Shown: in pieces, positions 56,707 through 64,000 of the stretch
How the letters are laid out: each line of letters opens with the position of its first letter
Position numbering within the stretch: the stretch's first letter is position 1
Origin: an uncultured bacterium
GTDB taxonomy: Bacteria > Patescibacteriota > Minisyncoccia > UBA6257 > 2-01-FULL-56-20
Assembly: GCA_963725235.1 (NCBI GenBank)
Contig: CAVRXN010000002.1
Span: forward strand, 314,902 to 378,901
Direction: 5' to 3'
Length of the DNA: 64,000 nucleotides
Notes under the pieces: generated by a model
What the model was told of the DNA's origin: nothing
Databases searched by the model: none
Seen by the model: the letters and a program-made list of their open reading frames with translations, nothing else
Position numbers and translations under genes: made by a program

Positions 56707-58122
56707 ATGAAAAAATCACGATTGATTCTGGGTTTCGGCTTCTTGCTTCTTGCGCTATGCTTTTCATATGTGCAGATAGCTCATTCCAACGCTGCCACTT
56801 CCGCTTGTAATTATGCCTGTTGCAGCAATGCTGAATGCACCGTCGGCGGCCAATATTGTTTCAACCCCGGAACCCCTCAGGCAGGCTGCACGACTCCGGC
56901 ACAATGTGGCGGTGCAGCAGGTTGCGGCATAGGATATGCTTGTACGAATGGCTTATGTCTCCCGTCGACACCGAGTCAAACTCCTACACTCGCTTCTGCG
57001 CCAACCCAGACGACGTCGGCATCAACTGGCGCGAACGTATATTGCAGCAGCGATACTGATTGCGCCGTTGGCAAAAATAATCCTACGTCCAACGGGATCA
57101 ACACGACCGTATGTTATTATCCTGGAACAACAGCTTCATATTGCGGCACGCCACTTTCGCCGGGCGATTCATTGCCAGCATGTTCATTCCCAACGAGTAC
57201 GTTTAACCAAGCAGGCAATGCGGCAATCCAGATCGCTTGCCAAGCCTTATTCGGGGGAACCTACAGCGCTTGTGTTGCCAACCACCAAGGCCTCGACTGC
57301 GCATATACAAATCAGACACTTGCAGCAAACTGTGGCATGCCGGGCGCAGGCATGGGTGGTCCCGGCCTATGCGTCCCCGGTGCGTTGGTTCCCGGTTGTA
57401 TTGCGACGATGACCGAAGCCCAGCTTGCGACAGCTGTTGGAGCAAGTTGTTCTTCCTTGACTTCTTCGAGCAGCACCACCCCGCCGCCGCCGGCAAATCC
57501 ATCGAGTACAACTTCAACAGCTACCAACCCGATCACCGGCATGCAGGGCTTCAATCCCGCGACCGGCGATTACACGAACGGAACCGCTGTCCAGAATACT
57601 TTCATTGTCCTGTATGGAAACTTCGGCACCATCGGTAATGTCGTGAAGATTGATGGAACGCTCGTGACGCCGAGCTACCAGAGTATCAATCAGATTAATG
57701 TTTCTATTACCGGAATCGAACCAGGCAACCATTCCGCCAGTGTCGCTGCGACGCTCTCGGGAGTTCCACCGACAACGAAAACAGGATCGATCACGTTCGC
57801 GGTGACAGCGACAAGCGGCAAGGGGACGCCGCTTCAACCGGAGACATCGTTCGGCTCTTCGTTGGGTGCGGCATATGCCATGATTACCAACGTAGTCCAA
57901 AGCAATGGGTTAGGCACTAGCGGCAGCGGCGGAAACTCTCCCCCGAGCGGTTGCTCGGCGGCCGCGGCGGCAACGACACTTGCAAGCTTGGTCTCGACGT
58001 TACAGGGAGCGCTCAATGTCTTGTCTGCGGGTAATGTTTCGCCCGCTGTTACGTCCGGAATACAAAGCTTGATTACAACAATCGGCCAGATCATTCCACA
58101 GCTCTCGAGTTGCACTCAGTAG
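56707..58122 (+). CDS. secreted Cys-rich cell-surface protein (paralog A)
   Basis: Start at ATG 56707 (MKKSRLILGFGFLLLALCF signal peptide) inside track ORF 56629..58122; Cys-rich N-domain, Pro/Thr linker, Ig-like segment ITGMQGFNPATGDYTNGTAVQNTFIVLYG. Confidence 0.7.
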   Translation: MKKSRLILGFGFLLLALCFSYVQIAHSNAATSACNYACCSNAECTVGGQYCFNPGTPQAGCTTPAQCGGAAGCGIGYACTNGLCLPSTPSQTPTLASAPTQTTSASTGANVYCSSDTDCAVGKNNPTSNGINTTVCYYPGTTASYCGTPLSPGDSLPACSFPTSTFNQAGNAAIQIACQALFGGTYSACVANHQGLDCAYTNQTLAANCGMPGAGMGGPGLCVPGALVPGCIATMTEAQLATAVGASCSSLTSSSSTTPPPPANPSSTTSTATNPITGMQGFNPATGDYTNGTAVQNTFIVLYGNFGTIGNVVKIDGTLVTPSYQSINQINVSITGIEPGNHSASVAATLSGVPPTTKTGSITFAVTATSGKGTPLQPETSFGSSLGAAYAMITNVVQSNGLGTSGSGGNSPPSGCSAAAAATTLASLVSTLQGALNVLSAGNVSPAVTSGIQSLITTIGQIIPQLSSCTQ

Positions 58123-58145
58123 CGTAGTTAAGTAGAATTGGGCGG

Positions 58146-59672
58146 ATGCTACGTGTACGCCTCTATGAAGTAATCCCGGCAGCCCTGACCTGGGCCACGC
58201 TTCTTGCGATGGTCCTTTTCTCTTGGCTCCTGCCGGTCTGGGTTTCGATTTTTATCATCCTGTTTGATACGTATTGGCTGTTAAAAACGGTCTACCTTTC
58301 ATTCCATCTCCGCGCGACGTTTACACAGATGCGGGCGAATATGAAAACGAATTGGCTCGAGAAAGTCCGCGAATTGCCGGCTCGTGAATCTTCCTGGCAA
58401 GATTTATATCATCTGATCATTTTGCCGATGTACAATGAGCCGTATGAAGTCGTTCGCGAAAGTTTTGAGTCGCTGACGCGGGCAAACTATCCATCGGATA
58501 AGTTCATCGTTGTTCTCGCGCTCGAAGAGCGGGCAGGGGATATGGCACAGGAAGTTGGGCGGAAGATCGAAAAAGAATTTAGTGGGGCATTTCACAAATT
58601 TTTAATAACAACTCATCCGGCCGATCTGCTCGGCGAGATTCCCGGCAAGGGATCGAATGAGGCATGGGCGGCAGCTCGCGCGAAAGAGGCGATTATCGAT
58701 CGCGACCGCATCGATTATAAAAAGATTTTGGTTTCGGTGTTCGACGTCGATACGCAGATTTTCCCGGAATATTTCGGCCGGTTGACGTACGTTTTTTTGA
58801 CCGCACCCGATCCGCTGCGCGCGATCTATCAACCCGTCCCGCTTTTTACCAATAATATTTACGAAGCGCCTGCGCTCGCGCGCGTCGTTTCGTTTTCCTG
58901 CACGTTTTGGCAAATGATGCAGCAGTCGCGTCCGGAGCGTTTAACATCTTTTTCATCCCAATCCATCCCGTTCCAGGCACTCGTCGATATCGGTTTTTGG
59001 AATCGCAATATCGTGTCCGAGGATTCGCAGATTTTCTGGCAAGGATATTTCCGGTACGGCGGCGACTTCCGTGTCGAGCCGCTCTTTTTTCCGGTTTCGA
59101 TGGACGCACCAATCGCGCCGACGTTTTGGGGCGCATTAAAAAATATTTATAAACAGCAGCGGCGCTGGGCCTGGGGCGCAGAAAACGTGCCATACCTACT
59201 CGAAGGATTTCATCAAAATCCGAAAGCGAAACGCCGCTGGTACTGGACGTTCAACGCAATCGAAGGTTATCACTCGTGGTCAACAAATTCACTGATGATT
59301 TTCGCGCTCGGTTGGCTGCCGCTGTTCCTCGGTGGCCGCCACTACGGTACCTCGCTCCTCGCATACAGCTTGCCGCACATAACGCGCTGGATCATCTCAC
59401 TCTCGATGGTCGGCGTCGCGAGCTCCGCGATTATGGCCCTTATGTTTTTGCCGCCGCGGAAAAATGGCAACGTAGGCGCGATGAATTATTTAATTTACGT
59501 TTTGCAGTGGATTTTGATGCCGTTCACGCTGATCGCATTCGGCGCCATCCCCGGCATCGAAGCACAAACGCGCCTCGCACTCGGCGGCCGCGCGCGACTC
59601 GGCTTTTGGGTCACGCCGAAAGGACGGCGCGCGGTCAGCGCGACGCCTACTCCCGGTGCACCGACTTCTTGA
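58146..59672 (+). CDS. processive family-2 glycosyltransferase, polytopic membrane protein
   Basis: 508 aa; LIILPMYNEPYEVV, VFDVDT (DxD region), QQRRWAWG (QxxRW) and multiple TM helices. Confidence 0.8.
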   Translation: MLRVRLYEVIPAALTWATLLAMVLFSWLLPVWVSIFIILFDTYWLLKTVYLSFHLRATFTQMRANMKTNWLEKVRELPARESSWQDLYHLIILPMYNEPYEVVRESFESLTRANYPSDKFIVVLALEERAGDMAQEVGRKIEKEFSGAFHKFLITTHPADLLGEIPGKGSNEAWAAARAKEAIIDRDRIDYKKILVSVFDVDTQIFPEYFGRLTYVFLTAPDPLRAIYQPVPLFTNNIYEAPALARVVSFSCTFWQMMQQSRPERLTSFSSQSIPFQALVDIGFWNRNIVSEDSQIFWQGYFRYGGDFRVEPLFFPVSMDAPIAPTFWGALKNIYKQQRRWAWGAENVPYLLEGFHQNPKAKRRWYWTFNAIEGYHSWSTNSLMIFALGWLPLFLGGRHYGTSLLAYSLPHITRWIISLSMVGVASSAIMALMFLPPRKNGNVGAMNYLIYVLQWILMPFTLIAFGAIPGIEAQTRLALGGRARLGFWVTPKGRRAVSATPTPGAPTS

Positions 59673-61824
59673 AGTCGTCGAATCGTTTCTTTAACGCGCC
59701 ATATCCAGCGAGCGCCGGATCTTTTGCAAGAATTGCCGTTGCCGCCTCGCGCGATGATTTCACGAGCTCGGCATCCTGTAACGCGTTCATCGCCGCATCG
59801 GGAAACCCAGTCTGCACATCCCCGAAAAATTGTCCCGGCCCGCGAAGCTCGAGATCTTTTTCTGCAAGCTCGAAACCATTTTTCGCATCTATAATTGCAT
59901 GCAGACGTGCGCCGCTCGTCGCGGCCGTCGAGTCGGTGAACAAAAAACAATACGACTGGTGTTCCCCCCGCCCGACGCGCCCGCGAAATTGATAGAGTTG
60001 CGCAAGGCCGAACCGGTCGGCGCCTTCGATCATCATGATCGTCGCGTTCGGTATGTCGACGCCGACTTCGATAACGGAGGTTGATACGAGAATGTCGATG
60101 CCATCGGCTTCGCCGCGCGCGCCGCGCCGGTCCTTAAACCGACGCATGATTTCCTCCTTCTCGCGCGGCTTCATCTGGCCGTGGAGCATCGCAACGCGCA
60201 GCTCCGGAAATATTTTCTTCGACAGTTTTTCATACTCCTCCGTAACCGACTTTAACTCGCTCTCCTTTTTCTTGCCCTCCTCCTCTTCCGCTGGGTTGAT
60301 ACGTGGACAAATAACGAATGCTTGCCGGCCTTCGCCGATCTGCGCGCGGATAAAATTATACGTCGCCTGGCGCTCGATGGGCGAAACGATTTTTGTTTCG
60401 ATCGGTTTCCGGCCGGATGGCAGTTCGGTTATTAAAGAAAGATTAAGATCGCCGAAGACCGTCAACATTAACGTGCGGGGAATTGGCGTTGCGGACATCG
60501 ATAGAAAATGTGGCATCAGTTTCCCGGTGCTGTTTCCTGTCGCGCGCGCGAGTGCCTGCCGCTGGCGGACGCCGAACCGATGCTGTTCATCGATAACAAC
60601 AAATCCCAAGTTTTTGAACGCGATATTTTTTTGGATAAGCGCATGAGTGCCGAAAACGATCATAATCTCGCCTGCGGTAACTTTTTTATTGAACGCATCC
60701 TTCGACAATTTCGATTCCATACCGTCGCCATAAAAAGCGACAGCTTCGCTCGCCGTTAGCAATCCGATCGACGGCTTTGCGCCGGGCAATTTCTTCATCG
60801 TCTGAAAATGCTGCCGCGCCAAAATTTCTGTCGGGGCCATGAACGCAGTTTGATAGCCGTTTTCGGCGGCCATGACTGCGGCGATTGCGGCAACGACGGT
60901 TTTGCCCGAGCCGACGTCGCCCTGCAGCAAACGGTTCATCGGCCGTGATTTTTCCATATCTTGGATAATTTCCCAAAGCGAGCGCTTCTGCGAAACCGTC
61001 AGCTCGAATGGTAGCGCAGCGAGCATCATCTTGACCCGCTCGATGTCCGTCGCGATCGGTGCCGCATGCTCCTGCGCCATTTTCATCTTTTGTTCATAAT
61101 TAAAAAGGTGCAACAAAAATATATTTTCGAAATCGAATCGACGACGGGCGACCGCAGCATGCTCAATCGTCGGCGGGAAATGGATCGCATGATACGCCTG
61201 GTTGACTTCCGGTAGATCGAGCGCCGACAACGTCTCCGCCGGTAACCATTCCTTCATTGATTGCACGCGCCGCAAAATATTTTGCATGACGAACCGGATG
61301 CCGCGCGAGGTCAGCCCGCGCGTTTCGGGATAGATGGGGATGATGCGCGCCGTGTGGCGCGTTTCTACGCCCACGCCATCCGCGCCGATCGTCGACGATT
61401 TCAAAATCTCATACGCCGGATGATTTAAATATAATTCGCTTTCGTCCGAGATAGAAATTTTTCCAGCAAAATTCGCGATACGACCCGGCCGTAGCGCAGT
61501 TGCGACGAATGGCTGATTAAACCAAACCGCACGGATCGAGCCGGACTCATCGAGCAGTGTCGCTTCGACGATTGTCAACCCGCGGCGCGTGCGGCGCGTG
61601 CGGACATCCTCGACGGCAGCTTGGATGGTTGCTTGCTGGCCCGGTTCGAGCTCGGCGACAGTATAGACCTTCGAGAAATCTTCGTAGCGGGTAGGGAAGT
61701 GGGCGAGCAAATCGCCGACCGTATGCAGGCCGAGATTTTCAAGACGGCGCAAGTAAGGAGCTTTGGCTCCAAGTGCTTCAAACAACGGTGTCTCAGGGGC
61801 AAGCCGTCTCATCGGTTTGCCCAT
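59647..61824 (-). CDS. recG: ATP-dependent DNA helicase RecG
   Basis: 725 aa; wedge domain, Walker A GDVGSGKT, DEQHRFG, TATPIPRT, QLYQFRGRVGRG. Confidence 0.95.
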   Translation of the reverse strand: MGKPMRRLAPETPLFEALGAKAPYLRRLENLGLHTVGDLLAHFPTRYEDFSKVYTVAELEPGQQATIQAAVEDVRTRRTRRGLTIVEATLLDESGSIRAVWFNQPFVATALRPGRIANFAGKISISDESELYLNHPAYEILKSSTIGADGVGVETRHTARIIPIYPETRGLTSRGIRFVMQNILRRVQSMKEWLPAETLSALDLPEVNQAYHAIHFPPTIEHAAVARRRFDFENIFLLHLFNYEQKMKMAQEHAAPIATDIERVKMMLAALPFELTVSQKRSLWEIIQDMEKSRPMNRLLQGDVGSGKTVVAAIAAVMAAENGYQTAFMAPTEILARQHFQTMKKLPGAKPSIGLLTASEAVAFYGDGMESKLSKDAFNKKVTAGEIMIVFGTHALIQKNIAFKNLGFVVIDEQHRFGVRQRQALARATGNSTGKLMPHFLSMSATPIPRTLMLTVFGDLNLSLITELPSGRKPIETKIVSPIERQATYNFIRAQIGEGRQAFVICPRINPAEEEEGKKKESELKSVTEEYEKLSKKIFPELRVAMLHGQMKPREKEEIMRRFKDRRGARGEADGIDILVSTSVIEVGVDIPNATIMMIEGADRFGLAQLYQFRGRVGRGEHQSYCFLFTDSTAATSGARLHAIIDAKNGFELAEKDLELRGPGQFFGDVQTGFPDAAMNALQDAELVKSSREAATAILAKDPALAGYGALKKRFDDFKKSVHRE

Positions 61825-61874
61825 AGTATACCATATTCACGCTGTGGATAACATTATGGTAAAATAAAAACATT

Positions 61875-64000
61875 ATGATGAAGCGATCTGCTTGGGTTCT
61901 CGGTGTCGCCATTATCATCGCCGCCGGCGTGTTCGCGTTTTCAGCAATTGCCATTCCTCATTCCCGCGCGGCAACCACTCCAGCGCCATTCATCGCCTGC
62001 AGTAGCGACGCCGATTGCGCCGTTGGCGGTACTACGTTCAACCCGACGTCCAATGGGATCAACACGACCGTCTGTTATTATCCCGGCACGACGGCCTCAT
62101 ATTGCGGCACGCCACTTTCGCCGGGCGATTCATTGCCAGCATGTTCATTCCCATCAAGTACGTTCAATCAATCAGGATACGCGGCAATTGCAGTCGCGTG
62201 CCAGGCAAAGTTCGGTGCGACGTATGATGCCTGCGTAGCCAACCACCAAGGCCTCGACTGCGCATACACCGATCAATCGCTCGCATTCAACTGCGGCATG
62301 CCGGGCGCAGGGCAGGGTGGACCGGGATATTGCATCCCCGGTGCGCTCGTTCCTGGTTGTATCGCGACAATGACCGAAACGCAGCTTGCGACTGCGCTCG
62401 GGGCGAGTTGCTCCGATCTTACTCCTGCGACTCCTGCGCCACCAACGCCTCCCGCCCCGCCAGCCACTCCGACCAAAACACCCTCTGGATCGACCAACTC
62501 CATAACTGGCATCCAAGGTTTCAACCCTGCAACCGGTTTATATACCAACGGAACCGCCGTACAAAATACCTACATCGTCCTCTATGGATATTTTGGTGCA
62601 ACGGGCAATGAGGTGGTGATTGATGGAAATCTCGTCGTACCAAGCTACCAGAGTACAAACCAGCTCAATATTCCGATCGGCGCCATCGCGGTCGGAATTC
62701 ATACGGTGGTTGTGTCATCGCTCCTTCTCGAATCGCCCGAATCCGGTTCGGCAAGTTTTACCGTGACGACGAGTGCGGCAGGATCGTGGGCTACTCCCGA
62801 TGCGCTCGATGGCCCCGGCATAGAGACGATTAACCCGGCAATACAGAATTTCTTTTCGAATGGAGGAGCCGGTTCGCCGGGAGCGTCTGGAGCGTCCGGG
62901 GCGAATACCACCCCAGGAGCTGCGAACACCACTCCTGTTGCGAATTTCCCCGTAACGATCCTCGTAACCGCGGCGTCGTTAAACGTCCGCTCCGCACCGA
63001 ATACGACCGCACCACTCGCCGGTTCGCAAACGCTCGTGCAGGGCGATACATTCATCGCGTCAAACGAAGTCACCGGCCAAAGCGTCACCGAAGACGGCGT
63101 GACGACCGCCCTCTGGTGGGTGTCATCGCTCGGCAATTATGTTTGGTCGGGAGGCACGACGGTTGAGGGGAGCGCTCCGGCTTCGGGCGGCCCGCCGGCG
63201 CCAACCGAAAAAGGATCGCCGCTCGGCGCACAGACGACGGCGAGCAATCCGAGTATTACGTATGCCTATGTAACTCCTCCGGCATCGTTACCAGTAGGGG
63301 GTAGCTACTACCTCTCGATTGAAGGAGTATTTGATAACTCGGGAAACACAGTTTCGTTCAATGGGCAATCGATAGCCGTTCTTGTTCAAAATCAATCATT
63401 CATCGAAGTCTCACTCGGGACCACCGCGCCAAGCCAATCTTTTACGGTCACCGTCAGTGATTCCCACGGAACCTCGCCCGCCTACACGTCTACAACCATC
63501 GCGCCGCCGGTTCTGAGCTCCGTCCAGGGATATAATCCGACAACCAATCAATACGAAAAAACAATAAACATCGTTAACCCCGGTGACGCCGATCTTATCC
63601 TTTATGGCTCTTTCGCTTCTTCCACCTCGGGATATATCGTCATCATGAACAATCAGATCGATCTTCCCATTACATATCAGGGTTCAAAGCAGATAAATGT
63701 TTCGCTCGCCGGCATCGCGGCAGCTTCCTCGCCGTTCACTGTCGAGGTCAGCAATCCAGGCGTGGGAGTTTCTGCGACGGTTCAGGTGGGGGTGGGCGCT
63801 GGGGCAAGTATTAGTACTCAAACGATGTCGGTTTCCATTCCGGCTATTTTAGCGCAGTTGCGCGCAGCATCCAGTCTCGCCGGGGCATTGAATATTGTAC
63901 AGAATGCCGGATTGACTATCTTGGGAGGAGTAACGGATCAGGATGGCGACGTTTCCTATCTTGTTACAACACCAAACGGCACGTTTGTTGCGGCGATCGG
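61875..64000 (+). CDS. secreted Cys-rich cell-surface protein (paralog B) with SH3b-like domain; partial, runs off the window
   Basis: Absent from the ORF track (no stop before 64000). My translation from ATG 61875: MMKRSAWVLGVAIIIAAGVFAF.. It has the same Cys-rich domain as paralog A, repeated ..QG[FY]NP.T..Y.. Ig-like modules, and LNVRSAPNTTAPLAGSQTLVQGDTF...ALWWVSSLGNYVWSGG (SH3b-like). Confidence 0.7.
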   Translation, partial: MMKRSAWVLGVAIIIAAGVFAFSAIAIPHSRAATTPAPFIACSSDADCAVGGTTFNPTSNGINTTVCYYPGTTASYCGTPLSPGDSLPACSFPSSTFNQSGYAAIAVACQAKFGATYDACVANHQGLDCAYTDQSLAFNCGMPGAGQGGPGYCIPGALVPGCIATMTETQLATALGASCSDLTPATPAPPTPPAPPATPTKTPSGSTNSITGIQGFNPATGLYTNGTAVQNTYIVLYGYFGATGNEVVIDGNLVVPSYQSTNQLNIPIGAIAVGIHTVVVSSLLLESPESGSASFTVTTSAAGSWATPDALDGPGIETINPAIQNFFSNGGAGSPGASGASGANTTPGAANTTPVANFPVTILVTAASLNVRSAPNTTAPLAGSQTLVQGDTFIASNEVTGQSVTEDGVTTALWWVSSLGNYVWSGGTTVEGSAPASGGPPAPTEKGSPLGAQTTASNPSITYAYVTPPASLPVGGSYYLSIEGVFDNSGNTVSFNGQSIAVLVQNQSFIEVSLGTTAPSQSFTVTVSDSHGTSPAYTSTTIAPPVLSSVQGYNPTTNQYEKTINIVNPGDADLILYGSFASSTSGYIVIMNNQIDLPITYQGSKQINVSLAGIAAASSPFTVEVSNPGVGVSATVQVGVGAGASISTQTMSVSIPAILAQLRAASSLAGALNIVQNAGLTILGGVTDQDGDVSYLVTTPNGTFVAAI

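Noticed and set aside
1-64000. Alternative genetic code (for example code 25 or 4, TGA sense) as an explanation for the broken genes
   Set aside because: TGA clearly terminates intact conserved genes such as scpA at 2009..2011. The disruptions are frame changes, not in-frame TGA codons, and GC content is moderate.

Overview
Chromosomal window from a small-genome bacterium. Gene content (151-aa EF-Ts, GH130, lamin-tail-domain and DUF2283 genes, compact operons) suggests a Patescibacteria/CPR lineage; this is inference only. Translation uses the standard bacterial code, with TGA as a stop. Most of the window is housekeeping: scpA-scpB, mraY, tsf-rpsB, a dcw block (mraZ-rsmH-ftsL-like-ftsI-murF), ctp, rplI, rpmA, dnaX, efp, mnmA, lepA, msrA, ndh, pgk, rnhA-like, mutY-like, rnhB, rpmF, nusB, rnc, smc-like, tpiA and recG. 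It also holds six canonical tRNAs, one aberrant tRNA-like gene and two different rve-type IS elements. The main finding is a visibly AT-richer accessory stretch (about 13.1-19.4 kb) starting at tRNA-Val. It carries three SET-domain genes, a DUF2156-like gene, an ATP-grasp gene and a RelE-type TA pair. It ends with a gene for an IS110-C-terminal/Nop-like protein without a nuclease domain (18091-18963). That gene is followed directly by about 10 tandem units phased at 36 nt, each with two conserved and two variable blocks, closed by an intrinsic terminator. This matches the architecture of a TIGR-Tas-type RNA-guided system. A second oddity is about 25 frame disruptions in conserved, mostly essential genes. 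Nearly all are equivalent to one extra nucleotide, and they are strongly clustered. Insertion-biased assembly error is the likeliest cause, but it should be checked.
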